In this document: positions 27,351 to 42,482 of the stretch, piece after piece
Numbering within the stretch: the first letter of the stretch is position 1
Layout of the letters: each line of letters starts with the position of its first letter
Assembly (NCBI GenBank): GCA_965153455.1
Contig: OZ234493.1
Location: 32,912,213 to 32,976,212, forward strand
Direction of reading: 5' to 3'
Length of the DNA: 64,000 nucleotides
Source of the DNA: Sphagnum compactum
Taxonomy: Eukaryota
The notes under the pieces: generated by a model
Told to the model about the DNA's origin: nothing
Databases searched by the model: none
The model's input: only the letters and a program-made list of their open reading frames with translations
Made by a program: the position numbers and the translations under genes

Positions 27351-30300
27351 CCTATGTTTAAATATGAATTATTGTGAATTGTTTAGGATTTTATTTTGAT
27401 TTAAATGGTGGTTGCAAATGGAGTTCTTCCTACAGTTTCAAAAAGCACATCCATCCATTGTCATAGGCAAGTGAGCATTTGATGGATTACGTCCATTTTG
27501 GGTCAAAAAAATGAAAGAATGTAATGTATATTGTTGCATATATCGCATAGTGCTTGAAGGATTATGAGTGGGGTTTAATCACATGCATCAAAAATCTAGA
27601 TTACATTCAGATTTTCATTGTGATTGTGAAGCAATCTGTGAAGACATTAATGGCCCTAACACTAATTACATGGGTTCTCATGCCACTTTTCTTGGTTTAA
27701 TTACACTATGGGAAGCAATAGTTTGCCCTAAGGATCTTCATTTGGAGTGGCATTCTTGGGATTGTGTATTTGGGAAATGTCAAGATTGTGGTGTGGACAA
27801 TTTAGCACTCTGTCCAATTACAAAGGAGGGAACATCTGATGCCCTAATACATTGGAAACATTTTAGTATGGAGACAATTATGACAAAGAAAGTGAGAAGA
27901 AAAAGTTAAAGCTCATGGAAAAGTTTACAAACTCCACAGAGTTTATTTAGTATTTCAAACCCAAGTTACAATATTTTGTGCGTCATAATTTTGTTGCAAG
28001 GTGGTAGGATCAATAATTCAAAAACTACTTTAACAATTTTCCAAATGACACTACAGTTTTAGTAATTGATTTTGCTGAAAATTATAGTTTTGAGGTCCAA
28101 AATGAAGTTCAATCTATGCGTTTGCATAGCTACCAAATCATTATACTTGTGCACATCTCTTTGATGCAGAATCCAAACCCTAACCCATATGATGAGGATT
28201 CTAAAACTCTCATGAGCTACCATTTCTATTTATCTGATGACAAGACTCATGATAGTTATTTTACATAGCACTATGTACATTTACATTGGGAGAATTTGGT
28301 AAAAGGTGGGTTTAGACCCAAACAACATTGGATTTGGTCAGATGGTTGCAGCTTTCAATTCAAGAGCAAGATTCCACTTTATTTTGTGAGTTGCTACCCT
28401 CATTTGACAGGTGGGTGTATTTGCACTTGGAGTTTCTTTGGATCTAGACATGGAAAGGGTCTTCATGATGGGGCTGGTGCGGTCTTGAAAAGGTTTATTT
28501 GATAAGTTCAGCTTGATACAGCTAGTCTTCAACTCCAAAATGTAGAACAAGTGGTAATATTGCTTTGTGAACGTCTAAGTCATCAATTAAAGACTTCATA
28601 TTCAGGGGAGCATAGACTAATCAGCCACACTTTCTGGTACATATAACCAATAGATGTGGACGTGGTGATTAATTTCACATGTACCACCATAAAGGGGACA
28701 AGGGATGTTCATTCCATGAAGTTTGTTGGTGCCATGGATGTGAATAAACTTTTTTAAAAAACTTAGTTTGTTTTTGTTATTTTTGTGTGGATATTAACTT
28801 CTCAGCTTATAAGAATCTACCATGGACACAATGTTGGGAAGTTGAGGTATTAATTCCTACCAATGTAACATATGTGCATAATGCCATGGAAATTGCCTTT
28901 CAGGAAGATGATTGGGATGATTATGGAGTTGATGGTGATCATCTAGCTTCTTGCATTTTTTTGGGGGACAATTTTGTAGTGAATTCAGAAGAAGGGAATG
29001 ATGAAAAGGTTGATTTTTATATCTTAATGTGCACAAAAACTCTTTTCACTTTCACCACATCATTCAAGTGTCCATGGTGACAACAATTCATTGTTGGTGA
29101 CATGGAATTGGTTGGGAAGTATTACCAGAAGTGGGGCCGATCAAAGTCTACTTACATTTATTGAAGGATTTTCCAAACTACCTATATTCATTAGTGCCAC
29201 GTTAGGGCAATCAAATTTTCGATGGCTCCAGCAAATCATAGAATCCAAGGAAATGATCTTGTGTATAAGCTACCCAAACATGCAGAGGATGGCATAAGAC
29301 AAACCATTGTAACCAGTGAGCTATAATATTACTTTTTAATTTCAAGTGAATTTTGCAATCCTCTAGGTGTCCATTTTTTGATTTTATGACTAAATTTATG
29401 ATGAAGTTTGCATTATAGTGATTTGTTGAAATTCTAATAAGACTTGCTAGGTATTGGGTCTGCCACTTGTGTGTTTACTTATAGTGCCACTGCCAACATC
29501 ATGTTAGAGATCAGCTATATGGAGGAGGAAGCAAGTTATATTAATATCAAATTCTATTCAAATGAAAGTGGATGGCTTGTCACAGGAAAGGGCTTAGGCA
29601 AGTTATAGTTTAGGGTGTTTGCACACTATGGTGATTTTATATGGATGTCATAATGGCAATTTTGCATGTATTCCTTAGATACAAGAAAATTTTAAAAATA
29701 AAATTCATTGAAATAATATAAAAAAGGGACCCACTTATCTAAAACTATCATAATCAACCTTCCAAGAATGAAAATATCAAATCAAAATCATGGATAGCCA
29801 ATAACTAATGAACTTTTAAATTTTGCCCACACTTTTTGTCACATTTGCAAAATTCATGGATATGGACATTTATCTTACAATGTGTTAGTCTTATGTGTTG
29901 GAAACTTTGGGATATTGGATGAATCATGTTTAAGAAACTAAAGATCCATTGAATGAATGGAATGTGATTTTAATTAATTATGTTATAGACTTTCTAAAAT
30001 CCCAGAAAATATAATTATTTTAAAAGCCCTTTTAAGCATTTAAAAAACATTATTTAAAAAAAATCTTTTCTGATTTTTTTAATGTTTTATAGCATCATAA
30101 TTTGAAATTGTAAATGGAAAAAAATGTTACTTTCAATACCATCTAAATATTCATATTTTAAGCTATTTTTCAACTACATTAAAAAAGGACTTTGAAAAGA
30201 AATTATAATCTGGTGAAATTGTGACACCCTAATGTGCTTTCGTCGTTTAGATTTTGATTTCCAATGGTCAATTGATTCATTTTAAATCTTGATTTTCATG

Positions 30301-32848
30301 TGGGGGAGATATGTAGATTAGAACGTAGACTGTGACAAAAGACCATATAGAATCAAGATGTTGTATAAGACTTACAGCTAAGATGGAATCAAGATGTTGA
30401 ACCCAAGCATGTGTAATTTGTTGTACATGCATTTATCCTTTAGCACTAGTGAATGGTGGGAGGTGAGAAAATTATTCCTTCACTCCGTTGTACTTTCAAC
30501 ATCTTTGGTATGATTTAGTACCATTCTTCTTATGTGGATGTAACCATTTATTCATTTCCATTCAATCATGTAGACATTTGATTTTGCAATGCACAAACAT
30601 ATATGAATGTGATTTCAAATGATAGGAAAGTCGATTGGGGTTGGTCTTAGAATGCATAGGATGTTGAATATAGCCATAGCTAATATGTGCAAATGTTTTT
30701 TTGACCTACTTAGTTATCAAGTTTGAAAGTGACATCAATTATACAAGGTCCTAGTTGTATATATGATGAGGGACCTTAAACCCACTTATCAACATTCGTT
30801 TGCCAAATTTGTGTTTATTTGTGAAGCTTGTACCAATGTCACTTTGTAAATGTGCTGGCCAATAATTGTAATAGAGCTTATGGTTGCTTATGAAGTTACA
30901 CAAATGTTTTTTGCAAAATGGTGATTGAAAAGTACAAATGGAAAATATAGATGGCAAATACTAGCTATAGATGGATGTGTAAGCACATCATAAATTTGTT
31001 ATTTTTTAATAGGAAAAGAATTGTAGTTGCAAGTTGTGATTGCCTATGAGGTTACACAAATGTTTTCTGTAAAAGGGTAATTGGAAAATACAAATGGTTG
31101 TTCTAGTTATTTGGTTCATTCCCAATCTGGTCTCCAAGTCTTGCAGGGACAAGTTAGGGGAAGGCAAATGGGCCAATAAAGCATGTATATATAATGTTAT
31201 TTTTTTTGTTCTTATGTCCAAAAAAGGTGTTTTTCATGACAAATAATTAGTTCAATAGTCTTTGCGGTATCACTATATGATATTTCAATTGCCTTGATCT
31301 GCTATAATCCACTTGAATTTAGCTCCATATGGGCATAATCATGGAAGGTAGGCATGTTATCAAACTATGGTCAACTTGCAAGCTAAGAACTTTTTGTATT
31401 ACAAATTTCCTAGTATGCTCTTCATCAATATTTCATTAGTTATTCATGAAAGGATAGGGAGTTCAACCCAATGTTGTGTAGTTTGTAAGAATATTTGAAT
31501 TGAAACCTTGAACTTGGTTCCTTTGGTTTTGTATTTTTGATGTTGGAAGCTACTAATGATGTGTGGTGATGATTGCGGTTGTAGTTGTACTTTCATTGGT
31601 TGTTCCAAGGACTTGGAAAGCATGTTAACATAAATTTGTTGTTGATAACCTTGTTTTGAGAAAAAAATCTCCGATAGATTGTTCAAACAATTTTCATAGG
31701 TGCAAGCTAGCAATCTTTGAATGGACTCAATTTGTGTCTACTTGATTATCATAAGGATCTAATATCTTTGTATATGATGCATTTGTTTGCAAATGTTAGG
31801 CATTTTGGATCCTTCTTGGGACAAGGACACACCATATGGTATGGGGTCCAAAAAAGCAAAATTTGATTAGCTTCCACCTTTTCCACCCCCTATAAACAAC
31901 AAGGTGACTAGAACATGAAGCCGTAGAAGTTGCAAGTTACTATGGTGATTGCTCAGATCTAGCTGCTTTCCAAACCACCCATGTGGTTTGGAAACCTAAA
32001 CCTAAACCCAAAACCCATCAACAACATTTGTTGAAGAATCTCATGTGTTCTGCAAGTTGGCTTCATTTTTTGTTTATTGAAATCTAGGTGTAAAGAATCT
32101 GAGTACCATCACATTCTTATTGGCACTTTTTCATGGTAGCACCACTTGTTGAAAAATCTCATGTGGTGCTTTGCAAGCTGGTGTCTTTTTTTGTTTGATG
32201 ACTAGTTGTAGAGAATCTGAGTACCATCATTTATCAACCCTGCTTTGCATTGGATTTTTGGGGATTTTCTCCACCTCTTAGATTCTTCCTTTGTGAGTGT
32301 TTGAATTTCAAGCTCTATTGAAGCCTCAAGTTTTAATGGAGGGTTTTTAAGCCTCATTGCAGCCTTGGCCCACATTTAGGGTTTTGTTGAACAAGATGGA
32401 AGTTGGGGAAGTAATAAGACAAAGCTTGGTTGTCTCTAGAAGGTAGTAATAGTGATAACAACATGCTTTAGAGTCTAGACTAAAGGTTGATAGGCACAAA
32501 AGATGATGGGTGCAACAGCAATAACACAAAGAGGGCTTTGGATCACTTGTGTTGGTGGTGGTGGATGCAAACAAAATGTTCACAACCATGGAAATGGATT
32601 AGGCACTTGATCATGCTACAAAACTTGGAGATTCCTTGACACTTCTTAGCATCCTACAACATGTCATGAATCTTGCCCCCTTTTTTTCTTTTCCAATTCC
32701 CTTTGTGGGTATCTGGTGGATGCATCTAGATTTTCTCTTTTCCAATCCATCCACACAAATGATAAAAAAAAACCATACCTATATTTGGAAGAAGCTTAAA
32801 ACTTTAAAAGCAATCATCATCATCATCATTTTTTTCTTTATGTTATGA

Positions 32849-35204
32849 CACCAGAAGAAAAACACCTATTTTCAACTAGTTTGTACAATTTTAATTGCAA
32901 GTGACATTTGCGACTAAAATCCCCTTAATCACTTTGGACAAGTCGCATGTGATATTAGTCGCAAATGATAAGGGGTATTGGATGAATGAAAAAGTCAACA
33001 AATACAAGTTCATCCCTTAGTTCCATTGTATATGTATTGTCACATGCGACTAAGATGTGTCTATTTTTGTCACTATCGAGGGCAAATGATGTGTTGCCAC
33101 GTGTCCCAATATTTAATTATTTAAAATAAATAATAATATTATTTTGAAATAATCTAGGATGTTCAATTCACAAGTTTGGATGATTTATATTATGTCACGT
33201 AGCCCAATGTAAATATGCCATGTGGCATTTCAAAATGAATTTAATAAAAAATACTAATATTAGGTTGGTAGGTACCTAGGTAGGTACATAAGTAGGTGCT
33301 TACAAATTTAGGCTAAATACCTACCTACCTACTTAGGTATAAAGGTAGGTAGGTAGGTCTTACCTTCCTAGGGTAAATAATTACTGAAATTACTATATAA
33401 TTAAAATTATTATTGTAAAACCATTTAACGGTCAACTAAATGTTTTTTTTCCATTGGTAATTAATAACTACAAATACCATAATTTGCTGAATATATATTA
33501 ATATTTTTAATTACTATAATATTACTGTAAAAATATTTATATAGATAAGTAATTACAGAAATTTTTTTATTAAAAAATTATGGTATAGTAATTCCTGCAA
33601 TTAAAATCATGAGAATAATTATTTTAACTACATTATAAAGTTTTCCTAAATTTGAATTCAGATTTAAAATTATAAATTATAGATTGTGAATAATTATGTT
33701 CAATTAGAAAATAATTATCAAATTACTATAATTAATTCTTATATGAAATAATTACAATGATTTTAAAGTAATGTAACATTAATTATGGTAATTGATTTAT
33801 TTTACTGTAATTATATAAAAACTTATGTTGTAACAATGACTATTTAGTGTTACTTATAATTAATAAATATAATCATTTATAATTATTGATAAAAATGGTA
33901 TATTATGAACAAGTAGTTATAAGGAATAAATAGTTTAATTTATTATATTAAAATCCATGTAGTTATGGTCATAACATTAATTATTTTAATTGAGTTATGA
34001 TTATTCTAAAAATTAAATAAGAATTAAATTATAATTATAAAATTTTACTATTCAAGTATTGTAATTTAAATTTAACAAATAAATTAAGTAATTACATTGA
34101 TTTTATGTCACTCTAGAATAATTATCATTAAAATAGAATTTTATGTTTTTATATTAAAAATTTATTGTAAATAAGTAAATAATGAATAATACATAAAATT
34201 ATTTTAATGTATCTTTTTTTAATACAATAATTACATCAAATTTGCTCATTATTTTAAGATTATTATAAAATTTTGAAATAAAATCTTAACTATAGGATGT
34301 AAGTTCTCAATTAGGATATGAAATTTTATTATTGTTATTAAAACATAAATGTTGTAAATACAATAGTTTTTTTTTATGATTGGGAACTATCATTTTAATT
34401 AATGTGGAAATTAATGTTGTAGTATTATTTATTCATTTTACATAAGCAGTAATACAAATAAGTAAAATAATTTATTATAATTATTTTAAATTTGTCGTAA
34501 AATTATTCTAAAATTTTATGATGTAGTAACAATTATTGTAAGTACATAATTAAATATTCTAGTATACTGGAATGTAATTATGACAATCATAAAAATTAAA
34601 TTAATTAATTAAATTATAGCGGAAATATTTTAATTTTTAAATATTAAATATTAAATTATGAATAATTAAGCTGAATTATAATTATGTGTCTATTATAAAT
34701 AATATAAGTAAAATAATTATTATGATTTTATAATAAATATATATTAATTAAAATAATTTTATTGTTATTAAAAATATTTTAAAAATTGAGTATAATAATC
34801 TATGTTGGAATATATTTAATTTATTTGAAACTATAAATAATTTAATGTAATGAAATTAATATAATTACAATAATCATATTTAATGATTTTAATTAAAATA
34901 AAAATACTATGAATATTAAGTTTAATCATAAATCAAATAATTACTATAATTGATGTATATAAACATATGTTGATTGCAACTAAGCACCACTTTGTTTACA
35001 ACTAATGGGACTTTAAATAGTTACTCTTGGATGATAAATCCAACCCATATATAGATGTAAATTAATTTAGTCACAAATTAGTTGTAGGTGACTCAGTTGA
35101 TGTTAGCATGATATCATATTAGGGCAAAAATTTAGTTGCAAAAACTAAATAGTCGCAAGTAGTTGGAAATGTGTTGGTCACGTATTGGACTTTTTCTTCT
35201 AGTG
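32849..35204. mobile_element. Non-autonomous CACTA element, 2.36 kb
   Basis: Left CACCAGAAGAAAAA and right TTTTTCTTCTAGTG match 13/14. 3-bp TSD TGA at 32846-32848 and 35205-35207. Subterminal GCGACTA/TAGTCGC repeats, a TAGG-repeat block and a very AT-rich core. Confidence 0.9.
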
Positions 35205-38200
35205 TGATGATCTCTTTGATTCTGCACCTCTAAGACCTACAAAGGCTAATGATCCACAACTACCCATTCAACTTTGAAGGTGTATTAATGGGTACCTTCT
35301 TCGAAATATAGTGACTAACTGGAAAGCCCATCTCACAAGGATGGACCCATTCAGATTGGGAGGTGCAATTGTAATCAACAATTTCATGACTAACTTTGCT
35401 GTGGGTGGGTGCATTTTTGTCTCCTTGGACCCTTCACTTCTTCTTTTTGCAGTGGGGTACAAATCATGGACCCATGACATTCTTCGGAGAAAGCTTGTGG
35501 ACTTAAAATTTTCCAACAAAACACAATTGTTTCAAAGCAATCTTGAGCTTCACCTAAAATGCAAGAACCTAGGGGTTAGTGTTGTTTGTTAGTCATTAAT
35601 GTCTCCTTTCTCTTGTTTCTCTATGCACACACAACATGTATTTTCTCCGCTGCCTACTACGACAGTTCCAATGTTTGGTGCTACATTTGTAGCACCTTCA
35701 TTTACTGCACATGATTATATAATGATTATTTGTCAATTTTAGTATAAATATGGCATCAACTTGTGGGTGTGGTTATACCCTAATAAACACCTTTTGTTAT
35801 GACAGTCGTGTGGGTGCTAGTGGGTCTAATCAATGCTACTGATGTCTTTTGAGCTTGCAAGATGGCCACTCTAGTTGCCAATTTAGAATGTAGTGTACAA
35901 TTATGGAGGCTACAAAAGGATTGATGATAAATGGTAAAAAACTTTATGTGCACATGTTACATAATGGATAATTTGTGTTTTTTGCCAAGATTGAGTGAAT
36001 TTATGATGAACCTTTAATAGGTTGAACCTTGGTTACAAGTGCTTGCACCTGCATCTATAGCTTCTATGGACAAAGGTCTCAAGCATTGAAAAAAAGAAAA
36101 GAAACTCAACATCCTGTTTGAGAGCATGAATATTTGAACCTTTGGGTTATCCACCTTTCATTAGGAAATTGGATAAAAATTGATCTTTTTAAAGTTGTAC
36201 CTAAAGGAAAATAACTATGAAGGAGAGTCACCCAAATTATATATAACTATAATGTCCCTAGAACATATCCAAGTTGCTTTTGAATAGACCATTTAATAAC
36301 AAAACATAGTGCCAATAAAATTAACTAAATGTTGTTCAAAATAGAACTTCCAAGAGGTAGCAACTTTGCCACTACTTGTAGACTTACAGTGTGACAAAAC
36401 TTTAAATACTTTAGATTGGTTGGTTTGCAACAATTAGTACGTCCAAGATATTGAAAACAATTATGGTGTGAAAACCTTCATACACCCATGGATTAAATTA
36501 TCAACATGAAGGAGGGAGCTTGGGTTGCAAGGTGTTAACCAAATCAATGTTCATGACCTTGATTTGATATAAAAAAACAACAAGAGTCATTAGGATGTGC
36601 TAATCATTTCCATCACTTGCAATAACTAACTAACAACATATTGTTACTCGAATTTCTCTGTCATGAGCTCCAAAACTAATGTCAAAATTTGCAATCTTTA
36701 ACTAATACATACTCAAAACATCTTAGTAGATTATGTAGATTACATTTGAAGATGTTTTGAAAATCAGTAACTTTAACCTTCATGTACCATAAAATATGTC
36801 CAAATACCTCCATAGTTTCATAATTAACAATCTGCTCCCAACACTAAACCTCCAATAACAAATTTAACATCTGTACAAGAGGAGGATATATGAGTGCATG
36901 CATAAACCAACAATATTGCAGTCCAATTAACATGATTGAAATGAACAAAACATTTAGACAGATATTAAATTTTGCCAAAAATAAGGCAAAAATGCTAGAA
37001 GATGAATAATGTAGTTTTGTAATTTCTAAAGACATGTAGGAGCATAAATTATCATTTCAATGTTTGAAAAGGATATATAGTTATATTTGTGTTACTGAAT
37101 TTGAGGAAATCATTTCACAAGACCAAGAATTGTGAGCATTGAAAGTCATGATTATGGATACCCAAAAGGCTCTTCAAATTAAGATGGACTATACCTAAAC
37201 ATTGGTGCCTCACTTTGACTTCCCAGCTTGACCATGCTTGCTAGATTTTGATTTGTCGACATGCTTGGTAGCCCTAGTTTTTGTTGATGTAGATAGCCTT
37301 AAAACAATTGGACATTTATCATGGCCCCTTTTTTTCATTATCTTTTTCAAAGGGCTTTCAACTAATTGATCATTTTGTTGGGACTTGTCAGACTACCTTT
37401 CACTAGAAGTCCAAGTACATTGCTCTTCATCCTCATTTTTTGAAAATGCCAAATCATCCTCTAGCTTTTCTTGAACTGCAATCCCCATGTTCAAAACCTT
37501 CTTCACACCTCTTTTATGTTTGTGGTCAAGGCCAGAGGATTGTGGTGGTGGTAGTGGGCACACAACCCCAACATCAACCTTAATTTGTTGATGGCGATTG
37601 GGGGATGTTTCTTCTTCGACTATTGCTTTGGGTGATGGTGTGATTTTAATGTTTCCCATAGAGGGATTGATAGTGTTTGATCTTGCAAATTGTAGTTGGT
37701 GACTTTCATGAAGGGTTGAAAAGGACACATAAGTTCAAATTGGTCCTCTTGGTTCAAAATATAGTAATAAGAAATGGTAAGAAATCAATTAATGTTGATG
37801 TAGTTATCACATTAAAATTTCATAGTTAAGTGTTGTTTACAATGGATTATGACACATGCATCAGGATTCAGTATAATATTAAGGACAAAAATGGACACCA
37901 AGGGAATTATAAAAACATCTTAAAAATAATTAATGGCGGTCTTTAACAAAAATTACTTCATAATGACATATATGAAGTTTCAATATACTATATATGAACT
38001 ACAGTGGAATCCTAGAAACAATGATGATTCCAAAAGGGGCTGTCTATACTCACATATGACATATATGAAATTTCAGAATACTATATGGACTTAAGTGGAT
38101 TGTTAGGGAAATGCATAAGCATGTCATGTCTTTAAAGATTGGCAACAACATCTAGATGACTCCAAAGGAACATGTATCTATATTCATAATGACATATTTG

Positions 38201-40299
38201 AGTTCTATTGTACTATAAGGACTCAAATTGACTCCTAGGGAAGTAGCATTGGACATGTTACAAGTGTTTAGTGACTGCCAATAATATAGATGACTCCAAT
38301 GGCACTTCAAGGCAGTGATACATATAACTATAGTAAGACTATGTGGGATTTCAAGGCAAAGCATAAACTAGCATGGGACTTCATGGCACTTGTCAAAAGT
38401 CTTTGTGATTGGACATGGACTTTATGGAAAACTAGAGAATTAGATAAGACTAATGGTGATGAACTAAACACAAAATGGACTACACAAACTTCAAGGACTG
38501 TACTTGGCCATATATATTGACTATCATGAAGTTACAAAAACCTGTAGGAATTGTTTTTCATTTACAGTGCAATTGGAGTACATGAATGCGAATCCAAATG
38601 ACAATCCCAGAGATGTGCATGATCCTACACTCTTTTAGGACCATGAATTAAATTGAGAACACTTCCAAAGAAGATGAATTAAGTTCAACCATTGTAATAT
38701 GTAAACATTGAAGTATGGATTACTATACAAGCTAAAGAACATTACTCTAAATGACAAGATCAATGCAGATTCAAGCATGTGAATAGACAAGTATCTTGAA
38801 TTCAATTGTTTCTGTGAACTCACCTTGCAAGGCATTCAAAATGGGAGCTGTTGCTATCCAATCTCTTGTTGGCAACTTTTTTTCTTCAACACATGGTTTT
38901 TTGATACTTAATAGTGCCCACCACTCCAATTCATCTCTTCTTCACAACCCTTCAACAAGCATTTTGAAGAATTAGAGAAATGGGTAACTGCACACCAAAA
39001 GTGATAAGCATGTTTGTAAGATGTAATTTTGTCATCTTAAGAGAATTAAAATGAAGGTATTAAATAATGAAATTGACTTCAATTTTCTTTCATGGATAAG
39101 TAATGCATACATCTATATTTGGCAATGTTCATATAATGCATCTGATTAAATAATATACAATATAATTTTTTTGAAGGCTATAGAATCCAATTTGAAAAGG
39201 CATTAAAAAAAATGATTCCTTTTTTCCCCATTTGGTTGATGGGTGTGTTCATAGTAAAATGACCACCACCCGCCCACTTGGTTCCTTAAAAACAACTGCT
39301 TAATTTGGAATATTCTTAGAATATTCTCCAAAAAATCTTCAAAAAAATCATCAATTTTTTTTGAAATTTTATTTATACTATCATTTTAAGGTCTACATTC
39401 AAACTTTGCCCAATATGTCACTTAAAAAATTTTCAAGGCCATTAACATGTCTTTTTTGTAGTAAAAGGAGTGGTTACGAGTGCTTTAAAAGTGCTTTTGG
39501 GTGTTTTTCATTTATTAAATTAATTTTAAATTTATTCACACGTTCCCATGGCATAATTTGAATGTTATTATATAGATTAATCTAAAAATTTCAACAACAA
39601 TTTAAATTGCCACATAGAATATGAAATATTAAGCATTGATTACAACGTGAAATGGTCATTTTGTTGTGAATTCACCCTGATTTTTTATGTTCACTAGGCT
39701 TAGAATTTGTGGTCCCAAGTGTTGGCAAAATGCGTAGGAAATTTTCATGCAAGAAAACATGTTACGTTGTATATAAAAGCTTATATACTTATTTTATGCA
39801 TTTCTGGGTTTTTATCAAAATATTTATGCATAATTACATATGCATGTGAAAAATCACCACACCATGAAAATGATCATAATTTGAATTATCCAATGACTCT
39901 CACTTAATTTTGTTCCATTTAGATTTTATATTTGGAAAATAGCAAAAACAAAGTCCTTGAGTCATGTGGTCAAAAAATGATACCCTGATTGTGAATATGC
40001 CCATGTGTATCCTATACGACATAAATGACTCTACTAATGTCCCTAATGATTAGTGGATAGTTTGTACCACATCATGTCCTTTATGACTTGTCCAATTTGA
40101 CATTGGAGCCTCTAGTCATATGTGTCCTTTATGACTGAAAACCGTGTCATAGAATAAGTCATATTTTTTCAATTTTTTTCTAGTGTTAAGGACCCAAAAA
40201 ATTGTATGTTCCAATGTTTTTTGTTGGGTTCAAATTCATGACTTCAAGGTTCAAGCAAGAACTTGGTACCCGTCACCTTCAAGTCAAGAACTTAGTACC

Positions 40300-40425
40300 C
40301 ACCACCAACATAACTTGAAGGAAGCAGGAACTACGAGACCACCAACATAACTTGAAGGAAGCAGGAACTTACGAGACCACCAACATGACTTGAGGGAAGT
40401 AGGAACTTACTACCCACCACCAACT
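40300..40425. repeat. ~38-bp tandem repeat, 3 copies
   Basis: CCACCAACAT(A/G)ACTTGA(A/G)GGAAG(C/T)AGGAACT repeated three times. Confidence 0.85.
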
Positions 40426-42482
40426 TATTTCTTGCCATTTTCAGGATCTTCTATTATGTTTCTTTCATGTTTTGTAGAACATTAGTCAAACCTATGCAGA
40501 ACTGACTGCACTGTGTTGACACTTGGGTAATGCTAATTAGGGATATTTCGCATCTACCCATTTTGGATTTTTTCAATGACATTCACCAAAATCCAGAAAC
40601 ATAGTCGAGCCCTTAGCTGCATGCAATTAAGTATATGAATAGAGATTTGAAGTTAAAAAAAAGGAGCAAAATATGCAAGACAAAGTGAAAACAAAGAAAG
40701 AGGATAGATAAGAAGGAAGTTAAATCTGTTTTCCAGTGTAACCCAAAAATACAATACACTCAAACCACTGTTTTTGTGATATTACTCCACAAAGTTTGGG
40801 TTTACATGTACAACAACTCTCCAATGATTGTCAACACAAGAAACAACTAATGAATTAAATAAACAATCTTTCACATAGGAGGTCTGAAGGTTGAAGAAGA
40901 ACATCGTGTTCAATACAAAGTGACACACAAAAATTAAGCTTGAGTCATTCAATGTTATCAACATTACACTTTTGAACTTGCAATGGCAACACCACTACTC
41001 AGCCTCTGCACTGCAATCTCCTACTATGCTCATCATGGATTTGGATGAATTCTTCATAGTAGCATTTTTTTTGTGATAGGCATGGCATTGGATCGAACCC
41101 TCAGGATTTTCCGTATCTGAACCAAATCCTTTTTTTTAAAAACCAAAGTACTCAGCTTGAAGTCCTTTACAACTCTGCAAAATTGAAATGAAAATTCCGA
41201 AAAATTTCATGACTTTTGAGCACATTTGTGAGGGCCGATCCAACTTTTGTATTGAGACTGTTTTGGTCTAATGTCAATTAAGGGTTAAGTTAAGTTCTGG
41301 CTTTTTTCTTTATCTTTTGAGTGTCCTTTTAGTCCAGCTATCTATCCCCTCTCCACTACTGTAATCGTTTTCTCTGATTTTTCTGTAGTTTTAAGAGCGC
41401 TGTTCTCTTGTTTGTAACAGGTTGCAGTACATGTGATGATGATATTGTTAAAGGACAAATAAAACTTTGAAATATAAGGAAATTCTGGAAAGAGAAAAAA
41501 GCCAAGAGGACAGTCTATAGAGTGGCAAAAGTCTCACATCTTGAAAAAGAGCCTTTGAATTATTCTGCATGGTCCAATGGTTGTCAAATGACAAAGGAAA
41601 AAGAAAGTGAGTGCTTTAGATGCAATATTGTGGCCTCACACAAGACACATGAATCTGGGCCTGGTATGGTGTGGCTGCCAACAAAGTAGAAACAAAAGCT
41701 TCTAAGTTCTTCTTGATTCCTAGGGGTGGTTTATACTTAAGTCATTGGGCATTGGCCTACTGAAATCTAAAATCATTCCTTCTTCATAATGCCAAGGACT
41801 CTCTCACTTTCAATTACATTAGGGTGGTTTGCGGCCACAGCCCAAGCAGATGGCAGTGGATGAAGTTCTATATGGCTGAAGTGGATAATGTTGTCTTGGG
41901 TTCTTGGGAAGTTTTTCAGGCCTACCTCAAAGAGGTGGGCGTAATGGAATTAGCTGCAGCTCATGGCAACCCACAGTTGAGAGCCAATCAAGTTAGTAGG
42001 GTAACTCCCTCAGGGTGGGAAGGGGGGGGGTTGCCTGGCGTAAAGCACACTCAACAGATGACAACCTGCGAAATGCCCAATGATTCTGTGAAATGCCTGA
42101 GGGTTTTGCAAATACCTGACAATTTACTGAAACTCCCTCCCATGAGGCTGGAGGGAAATCACTCTTTTAAGACCGGCTCCCCCCAGTGTTAAAAAATCGG
42201 GCCAATGCTTCACATACTTTAAAAAGCATTTTTTTCCTGAAAGGCAAAGTTGAAAGGAAGGTGTGGTGGCTTTCCCCCCACAACATCACTATGAGGTTTC
42301 CTATGGTCTGTTGTTTGGTCCAGTTCAGGTTTACACTTGAAACAAAGGCTCATGGACATTGCCATGGTCTCATCCAGAGAGCAAGGTACCATGAGGTTGT
42401 GATAGGCCATGGCACAAGCACTCAAATGTCAACCACAACTTATATTGCTCTCCTTCTGGAAAGCAAAAGAATTTGTACTCCA

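Larger units (their letters stand above)
22050..29326 (+). pseudogene. Decayed DDD transposase, Sola2-like, two coding blocks (~22050-22789 and ~27418-29326)
   Basis: Block 1: ERSDVL...WWSFQTRMSPNWKEVVRR, ending at a GT at 22790. Block 2: FDGLRPFWVKK..CC, Cys-rich CVFGKCQDCG, then DFAENY (~28068), WSDGCSFQFKS (~28335) and HGKGLHDGAGAVLK (~28450). Multiple stops. The 5' boundary is approximate and the Sola2 assignment is from memory of motifs. Confidence 0.72.

Noticed and set aside
30884..32232. Short diverged direct repeats (30884/31040 and ~32028/~32146)
   Set aside because: Two-copy local duplications in decayed DNA with no further structure.
35205..40185. Possible further CACTA element ending TTTTTCTAGTG at 40185
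   Set aside because: The right end has ATGACT subterminal repeats, but no matching left end, TSD or transposase motif was found.
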